DNA of 57,997 bases from a virus (lineage: Duplodnaviria > Caudoviricetes). Shown here piece after piece: positions 20,501-28,073 of this stretch. The position numbers and the translations under genes were made by a program. The stretch lies in IMG/VR virus record IMGVR_UViG_3300020442_004525, positions 1 through 57,997 of that record; one strand, 5' to 3'. The notes under the pieces are model-generated. The model worked only from the letters and a program-made list of their open reading frames with translations. It searched no databases and had not been told where the DNA came from. Within the stretch, counting starts at the first letter, position 1. Every line of letters begins with the position of its first letter.

Positions 20501-23500
20501 AAAGCCAGGGTTCGCAGGAGACAATGTCAATAACGTTGCCCCAATATGGGAAGAATTTGGCGTTCAGGTGGAGTCTGTCGCAACAAACCTTCTTTTAGCC
20601 CATGATGTAAGAGTTCAGCGAGGTATTGTGGCTGGATTGGATGACGCTACAGAGGGATTTTTTGCTTCGCAAATTGATATCACACACTTGGATGCTAATG
20701 GAGATTATAAATACGGATATGATGCAAGGCCAGGAGAACGTGCTGTTAGTATAAAAATTCCAGACAATCCTATAGCTATCGGGAAATTTGCTGATAGAGA
20801 ATTTAAGAACGAAAATGGAGTCTCGGTGACACTCGCAGAGTATCAAAATCTTACTGCCGAAGAAAAAGACCGATATTCTCAATTTGATAAAACAGGCACT
20901 GAACACGCTAATTCTCCAGAGGTTGCATATCTACTTGGCGATAGTGATTATGATGCTGGGCATCCGTTTAATCCAACGTTAACAACCACATGGAAAGTTC
21001 CTTTTACTAATGTGCCTGGTTTCTTTATAGGTTATCATAGATTGGCTTATGATCTGTCTAGTGATGCCGATCCTTTTCTTCGAAAGGATTATAGTGAGCA
21101 GGCTGATTTTCAAAACACCTTTAATTCTCACCTGCCCATGATGGAATTCAGGAGTCACACTGGAAACTTTTTAAGATGGGACGGATTGAGATTGGAAATG
21201 TACGGTTCCGTGATAAACGGATCGGTTAACCCAAGTAATATCAGTATATCTTTAGGGGTTTCTGATTCTATTCGAGTATTTTCAGATCAAACTTTATATT
21301 CTGGTCAAATTTTCTGCGGCGGAGGCTTTAATAATTATCTTCCAGATTCTTTAGAATCCTTGGGCTCTGCAATAGTTGGAGGCGGAGCCAATAGAATCTA
21401 CGGAAAGTTTTCTGCTATTGCTGGCGGCTATGGTAATTCTATTCATGGATCATTTTCCTTCATAGGGTCTGGGTTTGGTAATGTTATAAATACTGGATCT
21501 ACTGGGCTGCTAGGTTACAGTTCGAAAGTTGCTGGTGCTGAAGATATGAATAAAAAATTCAGTGAAGTTCCTGCGAATAGCATGGATAATATGGTCAAAG
21601 GATTTTATCAAGAAATATTTAATAGGGATGGATCACAGGCTGAGCATACTTATTGGAAAAATAGCGCCATCAATAATAATTGGACAATTTCTCAATTGTA
21701 CGGAACGATAACTAATTCAGATGAATACTGGGAAAATGGAATGCGGAACAAGGTAGACGTCGGATGGGGTTCTAGTTATGGCGGAGAAAAAATAGAAGGC
21801 AATAGCATATCTAATCCTTTTAATGCTATTGTTACTGGTAAGGGTAATAGTATTATAGATTCTAAATATAGTATCATTGGTTCTGGTTTTGGTAATCTAA
21901 TTGATAATAGTCAATATTCCTCGATTCTTAATGGCCAAGGAAATTCGATAACGCATCGTGATAGCGGTGCAAGGAGAGACTCTAACGTAACTGATTCAGG
22001 TATATACATAACTAACGAGGGCACAACTAACGCTAAGTTAGGAGACGGTACTAATGCTATGATAGCGGCAAGTAGTAGTAGTAGATCTAGTGAAACTATG
22101 TATCAGGGTTTATCTGTTTTTAATAATTTAAAGAAGAAAGAGGGGGATGATAACGAAAATTGGTATATAGTTAATAAAGTCAATGTTAATAAGGAAGATG
22201 GCGATTTTGACGCAATAGATGATGATGATATTGATGTCTCTTCCTTGATGATTTATGATAATACTGACGGCTGGTATTTCATGGCTAGCGAAAGAAGATT
22301 TAATGCGTGGGTTGATGGTGGTAGAGACCCCAATCTTAAATTCGGTAGGTGGGCTTATATCCCCGCTGTTGCAGGACCTTACTTCTGGTGCCCCGTGACC
22401 CTACAATACTACTCTCTTAAAACTGGACCGAGCGATATACTTCTTACTGCTTCTCAGGCCGTCGCTCAAGCGGGAGTCACTGGAGATGGCCAGTTTGAAT
22501 GGTCATGGGTTGTTTTAAGCGAGGATAATCTGGATTATCACACTATCAGTGAGACAACTATTAGGAGCCAAAAGCCAGGCTTCCTTCCAGATTTGGAGTT
22601 GCTTAATTTTATAGACATGTCTCTTCCTGTAGATGCTAAAAATGGAAGCGGTAGATTTGGATATAATACAATTGCTGGGGGAAGTCGGAATTTAATTAAT
22701 CGGAGTTCTAATTCAGCCCTGATTGGTTCTGCTAATAGTTATGTATCTGATTTAAAAAATGCAGTAGTCGGCGGTATGACTAATCGAATTTTTGGTTCCG
22801 CTGTTAAGGTTGACGGTAGTGGAGCTACAGTAAGTCGTATGGCTAAAGACTTGCAAAAGGGTGTTACTGTATTTGGTTCAGAAAATATATTTGATGTTAG
22901 AGATGTTAATTGGGCTTATGACGATCTTATGTCTGCTATCGTTGGTTCTCAAAATACAATCATAGGTTGTAGAAAATCTGTTATTTTGGGCACTGGTAAT
23001 CAATTAAAGGGAGGTAATAAACCAATTACCCCTAGTGGGACTGCGGGTCTGAATTCTTCAGGATGGAGTACTCTCTATGGAGCAACTACCCCCTCATATT
23101 ATAGTATATCTGGAACAGAAGTAAATATCCTGGGAACAAATAACGTAATCAGAGGTAGTAACCTGTTCGCTCGAAACTTGTCTATATTTGGATCTAATTT
23201 CGTACTAACTTCACAAGAGCAAATCGTAAACTCTTATTATATAGGCAACCCGTTTCCTGCTGGCGGACTTCTAACGAGACTGTTTGTTGCTGCTGATGGT
23301 GGAGCGTACTTTACTGGAGACGTGGTCTCTTTCGCCTTGTCTGACGAGAAATATAAGGATAACATTCAACTAATCTCAGACCCTATCGATAAAATAAAGG
23401 GAATAAGAGGCGTTAGTTTTGATTGGAACGACCAGCAAGAAGTTTATCAAGGTCATGATGTAGGCGTGATTGCGCAAGAGGTTGAGTCCGTATTTCCTGA

Positions 23501-23660
23501 AGTTGTTGAAACAAGAAAGACGGGTAAGGCGGTTAAATATGAAAAGCTTACGCCCCTGTTAATTGAAGCCGTAAAAAGTCAGCAAGAACAAATTGAGTCT
23601 CTTAAGAAATGTGTTGAAGAATTAACATCAACCATTAACAAGCTTAAGCAGGACTCTTGA
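11553..23660 (+). CDS. Giant (4035 aa) tail fibre/adhesin with FN3-like domains and a C-terminal Peptidase_S74 intramolecular chaperone
   Basis: FN3-like PFPPEGLQV...FFLEWQSP...FYNLYY. gpJ-type IGQANISNATITSAQITDLSADRITAG. Beta-roll repeats SAIVGGGANRI/SIIGSGFGN. C-terminal SDEKYKDNI...GVSFDW...VGVIAQEVE...VKYEKLTPLLIEAVK. Confidence 0.85.
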   Translation: MSSRVNILVSFKIYSKTDTYYLVGSSNTGSFTHKLGRGWDADGSPDLYHSRIDVSEVADLEANGFLVSKVVPLGEKYGDYRMRMYAENELGIRSAYVELDKVIPAPDIDGTFRFNSIYVDRLIEEKPSAYSVVKKSPRRAAPSLELDNSLVVESEFIGRSALIKWDLKAPYGFTGSPKGTLVQPSNIDLFESLFSHFEVYFYKENPEERISTQDDVNSPPAGSAVFDSELPVSEVGQIVDLSFDKRVGEKIIDEDNFEIGFSKNFIEDLMGDGERFIYVKVVGKDIFYNSADDKYMHRFTGVIKVENTRSRIQEAFADLYGNQMTLSYVNRDRDFQGGKVVLRSFSSQDNVTWTHSDSAVLNSAGASNVFKQKWSSPTNRNYYKYILEIHDSYGFCGYHSVSSRGVLKGFFTKKLTGETQGEDTQEEALDAAIVDTHAWQSERKIGSISIKENGSSFDVSWNVVDSQGHLISPPAPSKDASGVPIFTMGDRIEIEDLAGFTVNFECPDEYINSGNSFPIRDAFDLGILGIEAEDQNGNKTYKAGSPENDSFGQLVIPETIGITDGVLTAENKLSINLDTSIQLSKQENADLYRSWFNHLNYTDVPVGSEFRVLYEENNNTDVGSYKDKGFYAVDAQRRIKLAVSLIDSEGRIIDTKIGEGYNAPPRILVKQGLSSDPSSVSSASVRSTDLVEFKLSLNEKTNTVAVFRRPVEEPNKEEVGHPDFEDKYYGIGGESNVDKTRVDDPDHAKPISVYNFKDADYFAKDNPTSKDVMLYGFGVEMDRWVKDDDPEDFISNAEYVLLPDDAEAMVAAGASNHKKQYVRFEVTGKNISNAEEGGFFTAFIDSKGNKANSDSFGTKNFLAGGRVIGSDNNITIVDQPPLIREQGLLRRKAPGTQYDYMLLPFDSFGTGEAWLPDRINFYGGVLFSQDENGAIGTVDFDAPFPPEGLQVRGANKTFFLEWQSPAFDAGDVDFYNLYYINDSRSETERLGLGGSDTRIADGDILRFNKDDYVHEDSEFHAIDLDFQAENNNTFGSVVPWQEQAYNKNHYVKSRPRGDSSKAFRLYKANADTTENDIPGKSDLWDEQVNVQLWENGTAIHRDDVKFNERSSQQESDGGGGSQTFGLIFYSSFKNYTPGQIAFRDNKCYICTGATTGNFNAQNWSLVEGVSIEEIKIPVTETSLTVVADTNDKGYFFFESVDRIQNRSRLHVDPTKPESESNEYTHQLGKSTLKDIANFEQELSAEFPNAIMLRPSDPFEIVDKTNYDNAKIKWKAHYLYNDGYGYFMPAGEISLRSDATYIKDKTIDSGQFIRHIYWNPRYGYNTNATSDPWTARITESTTVRENQLPYRKKSGHDEAPTRISSETFNELAQTRWVAKSDSNVTDREVFSDPGSSDYYEWSSSMYEEVPAAERDNDSSLSDKESDTNIDYRAYYSFSTGNPASQIYNRRQQGTDHWLSDPTRSSTIYDELNKVTDVIHETAAPVGFGTFGLHITRSESMKTNKSPENNVTDGLLEDGGFQICRIDHIGGEYSHTVNFEVFNNATIGQANISNATITSAQITDLSADRITAGIIGSHRIQIGNALIPEVTDGSLGDAQDDSHNGGPASVMPDGTSLAAGADDAYTNSKYVYGSITSQGFDHTTKGKPGFFISGDGQFGFQTTNGGIYLRGGLDTDRNQDNSPTQLVIRGTLIQENSDPFVKMEMSSSVQNLSFNEHAENHFYYENNGKYNIYGTEATVLRPSNGEVTVSYNIQNAYHTDGSPYDINELQLIMYVDGDPSRTIDQKDVFKLIKSSALPTYQQRWVLKSIWHGSSVNRDSTLLQPDQILTSDPNDPDLYEEILVQESSVHGECLVNGSVDSTRKNKTACENGTPAGAWVPVVRDTGPNLGLNDVDDLNKGGSITFDFVGGRYGDTAELVDAEPSMIFFTGAPITDVSEVVERIEEEDLNDVGEDPGNTLIPIADSVTIVLRMVSRAPVWSSTQTYLAGELVNHSGKVWRSVHNGSNNKDQTPSSSSTYWDEEPAGEVVVEEKSVTIFRKDQPTNLASIDLVSTGSGIIRNSDSNESVTVKPVLTHGATQYSLEQTSDLEDWMKTLRGQMAIYQGPPNLLKQNKYKLLTSGKDASFSITLKNEDVLEGKTTLYLVDTKDNSNWPDARDSLSVYKEVATIDVIDVNDGVDVGHIDLDKADKFYTREYLIRPSSGGTVDYSSSYKLEEIDEKTFDATIRITSQDGRELSKEIFVKIKNVALGKYIEKKDITIEDKSGNTICSFASNAENLAPVMVPFTLDNDNEVSKQSEYDVVTGDSADDLKKTGVGRVYFSVDNRQHVTEIVIRFDFIKTRGNTIAVIGSDNETSSTHYKVHPLDSVKTWGGFSGENFTFAADMVPQISVEENILINTLIRPNPSFRLSLTKPYITYSRNSINDNNQTSNQNLLRRSENIIPIQLYMGEDNITDEVDNKPTGAEFSMDIIPTFGFVVSYEFLNGTHSDDKCYWPKNETAARSAIDDLKSEDIEEGVYYDKASGIWKIADSDGSHIAADSNFLYYIPPRLSDLPGMGNSKIKIKASYTRSNVPVASSGLRGASNGAFATDNFTDIETINVVETLNGESAPFAIQTNETVAVEVNPAGKIIKAVSETTFDSEVRVKVADDDVALLNSSDQLLDGFVLSSASTSPAINRIVFESSSAKSIAHNTTLTFKNSGGSDVKLYDFDDSEIKIKTKDGSTASVKYISMFDENDSNQTGMLEAGHTLAFYDNSGKIVASSKMPKIFKQGIALLVNDKFTDDINSQYFATNQEWKKVASNNKNDTYVISDFMWGAGATGSNPTGSKELLVGDTIMNDSGQAWFGSDANSAITVQAQIAFYATSRTWRTDEVVSTSVSRQVRSATQGETGATIVYRSGRWTASTQYIGTTKRREVVRHEDKYYITTENASILAFGLNSLAELESTGDLSFDALYQGENDSSDANTLSKWKQAFQGQTLSDQEITERRLKPGFAGDNVNNVAPIWEEFGVQVESVATNLLLAHDVRVQRGIVAGLDDATEGFFASQIDITHLDANGDYKYGYDARPGERAVSIKIPDNPIAIGKFADREFKNENGVSVTLAEYQNLTAEEKDRYSQFDKTGTEHANSPEVAYLLGDSDYDAGHPFNPTLTTTWKVPFTNVPGFFIGYHRLAYDLSSDADPFLRKDYSEQADFQNTFNSHLPMMEFRSHTGNFLRWDGLRLEMYGSVINGSVNPSNISISLGVSDSIRVFSDQTLYSGQIFCGGGFNNYLPDSLESLGSAIVGGGANRIYGKFSAIAGGYGNSIHGSFSFIGSGFGNVINTGSTGLLGYSSKVAGAEDMNKKFSEVPANSMDNMVKGFYQEIFNRDGSQAEHTYWKNSAINNNWTISQLYGTITNSDEYWENGMRNKVDVGWGSSYGGEKIEGNSISNPFNAIVTGKGNSIIDSKYSIIGSGFGNLIDNSQYSSILNGQGNSITHRDSGARRDSNVTDSGIYITNEGTTNAKLGDGTNAMIAASSSSRSSETMYQGLSVFNNLKKKEGDDNENWYIVNKVNVNKEDGDFDAIDDDDIDVSSLMIYDNTDGWYFMASERRFNAWVDGGRDPNLKFGRWAYIPAVAGPYFWCPVTLQYYSLKTGPSDILLTASQAVAQAGVTGDGQFEWSWVVLSEDNLDYHTISETTIRSQKPGFLPDLELLNFIDMSLPVDAKNGSGRFGYNTIAGGSRNLINRSSNSALIGSANSYVSDLKNAVVGGMTNRIFGSAVKVDGSGATVSRMAKDLQKGVTVFGSENIFDVRDVNWAYDDLMSAIVGSQNTIIGCRKSVILGTGNQLKGGNKPITPSGTAGLNSSGWSTLYGATTPSYYSISGTEVNILGTNNVIRGSNLFARNLSIFGSNFVLTSQEQIVNSYYIGNPFPAGGLLTRLFVAADGGAYFTGDVVSFALSDEKYKDNIQLISDPIDKIKGIRGVSFDWNDQQEVYQGHDVGVIAQEVESVFPEVVETRKTGKAVKYEKLTPLLIEAVKSQQEQIESLKKCVEELTSTINKLKQDS

Positions 23661-24395
23661 TTCTGCTGGCGGTATGTCTGTCCAATCTTCCCAAGAGGAT
23701 GCTGCTTCGTGCCTATACTTTCCATCCCTCCACCAGTCTCTTAATACTTGTTTGAAATCTTCAAAAGATGCGCAATTCATTTTATTGGCTGCGTTTGATT
23801 CTAGTATTGACGATGGAGTGATTCCGCTTGGGGATTCTGATTTTTGTAGAGAGCTATTTTTCTTTCCGTTGTTTTTATTTATTTCATCGTCTCCAACGAT
23901 ATGTACGTTTAGGAAATTTCTAACACACCTTACGAAGGCTCTATTGCAGGCTATTGTTTCTAGGAAGATTTGACCAAAGTCACTGGTATTATTGATTGTT
24001 GCATTAGCCATGTCTTCGAAGATTACAGAATTCCCGCTGGTTTCATAGTTACCTGTGAATTTAATAGTGCATATAACCGCAACGTGTTCTTCGCTGCATT
24101 TTTCAACCTTATACCTAACTTCTTCGATACCCCTAAGCCTGGCAAGTTCTTTAATTCCACTTAGTTTAATTAGAAGTTGATGATCTTTGAGTCCTTCAAT
24201 AGAGGATGGGTATTGCATGTTTCTGCTTTTGAACCAGTCTCTGTTTGGGAATAGATGCTCTTCTCCTATCATGGCTCTCCAATTAATCGAGCCATCTTCA
24301 TTGAATGAATAATTGTGATTTGTTAACAGGCCGTTTTCGTCTCTCTTGAAGAGACTTGGGCTTGGCGAGGTTTTTTTAGTTGTTTTAGTTGCCAT
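23628..24395 (-). CDS. Putative single-strand annealing/recombination protein (Rad52/Sak-like)
   Basis: LSGIKELA...VAVICTIKF...LETIACNRAFVRCVRNFLNV resembles phage SSAP cores. It has its own sigma70 promoter. Confidence 0.45.
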   Translation of the reverse strand: MATKTTKKTSPSPSLFKRDENGLLTNHNYSFNEDGSINWRAMIGEEHLFPNRDWFKSRNMQYPSSIEGLKDHQLLIKLSGIKELARLRGIEEVRYKVEKCSEEHVAVICTIKFTGNYETSGNSVIFEDMANATINNTSDFGQIFLETIACNRAFVRCVRNFLNVHIVGDDEINKNNGKKNSSLQKSESPSGITPSSILESNAANKMNCASFEDFKQVLRDWWRDGKYRHEAASSWEDWTDIPPAESRVLLKLVNG

Positions 24396-25548
24396 AATTA
24401 AATATTTTGAAAAATTCTATTTCTTTATAAAACTCGGGCGAGTCTATAACTTTTTCTACATCACTTTTTTCTATACCCTGATCTAGGTAAGCTTTGCATG
24501 AATAAAATTTATTGTCTGATATGATCATTAGTGATGATTTAAAGTAAGAATTATCGCATAAAATAGAAGAATTGTCAAGATCTTTTTTTGTTGTATACTC
24601 TTGCTCTTTTATATTTAATGGAAATAGATCTAATCTTACATCCGATATATTGCTTGATCCTGTATAGTTGATTGCTAAATTTATTCCTGTAGCTTTTAAT
24701 TTTAATACATAATCATTATTAATTCCTTCATGTAATAATAATATTATTTTTTTAATATTCTTTTTATGTTTTCTTAAAATATTTAAATCTACTTCTTTAT
24801 CTATGTATAGAGCAATTTGATGATTCTTTATCCAATATTCTAGAAACTCCGTATTGTCTGTATAGTCTTGTCTTATTGTTAATATTGAGTTCTTTAGAAA
24901 GTTTATGTTTTTATTTGGAAAAAAGTTTGGAACAATATCTGTTACAACTTGACTGTAAGAATCTCCTAGGTGGACTGCCTCTGTTTGATTTATTATTCCA
25001 TCTCCGAGTAGTAGCTTAATTAATTCATACGCTATTTCGTTTGGGAATATTTTATCTATTCTTTTTTCTTCTTCATTAGGGGCGTAAGAAGGTTTGAATT
25101 TTGTATAATCTGGAGAAAAGAATTTATGCTCCCCTTTCCAAAATGGATGGCAGGTGTTTGGGAACGTTGGCCCGAATAATGTTACTAGCGGAACATTATA
25201 AAAACCTGCCACATGAGAAGAAAATGAATCATTGCTTAGGTGCAGCATGGATTTACTGAGTATAAAAAAAGTTTCTCGCAATTTTGTTTTACCTAGAAGG
25301 CTTATTGTGCCGTCTATGTGAGAATCGTGCGTTTCGCCAATCTGTAGGATGCTTATACCCCTCTCATCTAGGACGGGTTTAATTATTGATATTACATCTT
25401 TATAATGACTGTAGTTCTTGGAGTTCATGCCTGAGCCCGCATGAAGGGTAATATACTTATCCGCAGGAGGTGGATAGAATAAGGGTTCTATATGGGGTTT
25501 TGATATTTTGACCCCTGCAGTTAATGCGAAATTTTCAACTAGGTGCAT
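24385..25548 (-). CDS. Glycosyltransferase family 9-like, C-terminal (nucleotide-sugar binding) half plus extension
   Basis: YITLHAGSG...K.Y, ILQIG, LLGKTKLRETFFIL, NDSFSSHVAG..NVPLVTLFGPT. Confidence 0.8.
   Translation of the reverse strand: MHLVENFALTAGVKISKPHIEPLFYPPPADKYITLHAGSGMNSKNYSHYKDVISIIKPVLDERGISILQIGETHDSHIDGTISLLGKTKLRETFFILSKSMLHLSNDSFSSHVAGFYNVPLVTLFGPTFPNTCHPFWKGEHKFFSPDYTKFKPSYAPNEEEKRIDKIFPNEIAYELIKLLLGDGIINQTEAVHLGDSYSQVVTDIVPNFFPNKNINFLKNSILTIRQDYTDNTEFLEYWIKNHQIALYIDKEVDLNILRKHKKNIKKIILLLHEGINNDYVLKLKATGINLAINYTGSSNISDVRLDLFPLNIKEQEYTTKKDLDNSSILCDNSYFKSSLMIISDNKFYSCKAYLDQGIEKSDVEKVIDSPEFYKEIEFFKIFNYGN
24550..24578 (-). promoter_or_regulatory. sigma70-type promoter inside the GT9 gene, upstream of the SSAP-like gene
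   Basis: TTGACA (24578-24573), 17 nt spacer, TGc-GATAAT (24555-24550). Confidence 0.65.
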
Positions 25549-27482
25549 AATTCTAGGGAGATTTTATCTTCTCCGTTTCTTGTGTAGTTTAATACTCTTT
25601 GATTGTTTACATTTAATATAATTGCCACATTAAAAAAACTTTCTTGATCTGGCCTGTCGGTCCTATTGCTAAAACCCTCTAGCATTAGGGCATCAGAACA
25701 GAATGGGTCATATGGTATAACCTTATAGAGGTAAGGGTTTCCTTCGAGTATGGGGAAGTATTCTTTATTTGTGATAAAATAAATATCATAATCTTTATAA
25801 GTTTTGGATAAGTCTTCGAATAAACTTGTGGCCATGAAAACATCTCCGATGCTTTTTGGCAGTACAAGTGCAATTCTTTTATTGGGTCTATCAAAGTCAA
25901 TATACTCTCTTATGTCGTACTCTTCGCGAGGTCTGCTTGCAACTTCTTTTTCGTTATTCTTTTTTAAGGCTGATAGTATTTTTTCCCTAGGGGTTCCCGC
26001 CTGAAGTTTATTTAATAAGAATGGCAAGACTTCATCTCTTTCAGATATTTTAAGTTTTAATATTTCATTATATATAAAAAGTATATAATCTTTATCAGAT
26101 AAACCTTGTGGTATTGGCTTGGAGAAATCCGCTTCTAGACTACTTAATTTATAATCCCAAGATATTTCCTTGGGTTCATCTATGAGTTTCATTAATTTTT
26201 TACAATTGTTTTCTATAGAATATTCGTTTAATACGAAATCCCTACCTGTCTTACCCATTCTTTCTCTTTTTTCTTTGCTTAATTTGGAAACTTTTACTAG
26301 TTTAGAGAAAATACTCTCGGGAGAGGTGCTTGCTTTGATGAATTGGGTGTTTGGTTCCCTGTATTCGTTCCATGATAGTGGGAAACTTCCTGTTGATTCA
26401 CTGGAGCAATCCTCTCCGCAGCTATAATTGGTCACTAGGGTTACTAATTCACAAAGCTTAGCTTCTTGTATGGGGATTTCTTGACCACCTGAAGTAAACG
26501 GGTGGCAGTATACATCCATTAAATTATATATTTCATTTAGCTGCTTTTCAGAAGGGCCATTATGAACCGTTATCGTTTTCTGGGAAGCTTTCTCCCCACA
26601 AAACCTACAATCCTGCGGGGTTTGTTTTGATTTTGACTCTCCTTGGAATGGTTTAATTTCATAATTACCACACTCCTTGCAATAGTAAGTTGTTAGTACG
26701 TCACTATTATCAACTTTTTTTTCTTTTAATAAAGAAGGTATATCCCAGCCTTCCTCCCACGAGGTGTGCAGTAAGAGTTTTGCGTTTTTATTTTTCTCTT
26801 TAAATTTTAAGAAGCCATCTACTAAATTGGTGACAGATTTTCTTAACTGATTTCTGAAAACAAAACCTATGATAAAATCATTTTCACTTATACCGAATCT
26901 ATGTCTTAATTCTGATTTATGTTCATTGCTTAATTTAAAAAAGTTTTTAGAGTCTACTGGGCCGTGAATGCATTCTGTATTTTTTACACCTTTCGATTTA
27001 AGTTCTTTTTGTGGGAAATTGGACCAAGTTAAAAAATGGTCTGTATTTCTCGCTGCCTCATATGCTGACTTCAATATCGGGTTTGAATCTAATGTTACCC
27101 ATAGGATTGTTTTAATCTGTCTCCACCATTTGCGCTCCCACAAACCAGAGAAAGCCCAGAGGTCTTCAGCTCCTATATATACGTCAGGTTTTTCTTGCTC
27201 TATGACATCTTCTATCCTTAGGTGTCCATAACCTACTTTATTTTTAAAATTATTATCTGATTTAATTCTTTCTTCTACGGCCTGATCGTCTGGAAAACCT
27301 CCCACAGCTTTCCATGGGAAAGTCTCTAATGCTGGAGAGTTTTCTTTAACGCCATTAGCGAGCTCTACGATATCATATTTTCCGGTTTTGTATAAATAAG
27401 TTAAAACGTTTCTAGCGTTCTTACCGAAACCAGATAATACTTTAGAGCAATTGCTGTGGTATAGAATTTTTTTTTTAGCCAT
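25539..27482 (-). CDS. GT4-like glycosyltransferase with a Zn-ribbon insert, a DUF4214-like helical domain and a C-terminal GT9 N-domain
   Basis: SGFGKNA, GFVFRNQLRK, EIYNLMDVYCHPFTSGGQEIPIQEAK. CKEC/CRFC insert. IALVLPKSIGDVFMATSLF...ILEGNPYL. Confidence 0.82.
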   Translation of the reverse strand: MAKKKILYHSNCSKVLSGFGKNARNVLTYLYKTGKYDIVELANGVKENSPALETFPWKAVGGFPDDQAVEERIKSDNNFKNKVGYGHLRIEDVIEQEKPDVYIGAEDLWAFSGLWERKWWRQIKTILWVTLDSNPILKSAYEAARNTDHFLTWSNFPQKELKSKGVKNTECIHGPVDSKNFFKLSNEHKSELRHRFGISENDFIIGFVFRNQLRKSVTNLVDGFLKFKEKNKNAKLLLHTSWEEGWDIPSLLKEKKVDNSDVLTTYYCKECGNYEIKPFQGESKSKQTPQDCRFCGEKASQKTITVHNGPSEKQLNEIYNLMDVYCHPFTSGGQEIPIQEAKLCELVTLVTNYSCGEDCSSESTGSFPLSWNEYREPNTQFIKASTSPESIFSKLVKVSKLSKEKRERMGKTGRDFVLNEYSIENNCKKLMKLIDEPKEISWDYKLSSLEADFSKPIPQGLSDKDYILFIYNEILKLKISERDEVLPFLLNKLQAGTPREKILSALKKNNEKEVASRPREEYDIREYIDFDRPNKRIALVLPKSIGDVFMATSLFEDLSKTYKDYDIYFITNKEYFPILEGNPYLYKVIPYDPFCSDALMLEGFSNRTDRPDQESFFNVAIILNVNNQRVLNYTRNGEDKISLELCT

Positions 27483-28024
27483 CAGAAGGGAGCTTCATCT
27501 TGGTCTAATACGTCACCTTGATTGCTGTCTACTTCTTCTTTAGCTTTACTTTTAAAATTTGAAGCTGTCTCTTCAAAATATACGAAGAGGTACTTTTTCA
27601 TAAAAGATTTTAAGGTTTCAGTTTCCCCTGGTTCAAGTGGGATTCTAAAAGTTTGATTTCCATTCCTTGTTAAAACCATTCCAAATGCGGGTATGGTGTT
27701 ACCCTGCTTAGTTTGCTTGTCCCACGGTGTGAATTTAATTGATGTACTATTATCGTTAAAAGTATGATAAGAGCTGTATTCATACCTATGGTTGAATGCG
27801 GAAATAATTGAGCCAATCTCCCATTCGTTGAATTTAACATTAATATTCTTTTCTGGGTTATCTTTATTCTGGGAAAAGCTAGCTTTCTTAGTTTTGTCAT
27901 TCCAGCTATGTTGTTGAATGGCGCTAACATAAAACGAAGGAGTTCCATTTGGTGATTTTCCTACGCTAAAATTGCAAGCACAACCAGAATTTTTACTATT
28001 TGGTTTGTATAGACTTAGATTCAT
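27482..28024 (-). CDS. Putative Whirly/PC4-fold ssDNA-binding protein with an acidic SSB-like tail
   Basis: SLYK...VKFNEWEIGSIISA...YH...IKFTP...FRIPLEPGE pattern and C-terminal DQDEAPF. Confidence 0.55.
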   Translation of the reverse strand: MNLSLYKPNSKNSGCACNFSVGKSPNGTPSFYVSAIQQHSWNDKTKKASFSQNKDNPEKNINVKFNEWEIGSIISAFNHRYEYSSYHTFNDNSTSIKFTPWDKQTKQGNTIPAFGMVLTRNGNQTFRIPLEPGETETLKSFMKKYLFVYFEETASNFKSKAKEEVDSNQGDVLDQDEAPF

Positions 28025-28040
28025 AATTTAATTGCTTTAA

Positions 28041-28069
28041 ATTATAGCAAAATAATATCTTTATGTCAA
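28041..28069 (-). promoter_or_regulatory. Perfect consensus sigma70 promoter for the Whirly-like/GT operon
   Basis: TTGACA (28069-28064), 17 nt spacer, TGc-TATAAT (28046-28041). Confidence 0.85.
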
Positions 28070-28073
28070 GTAA

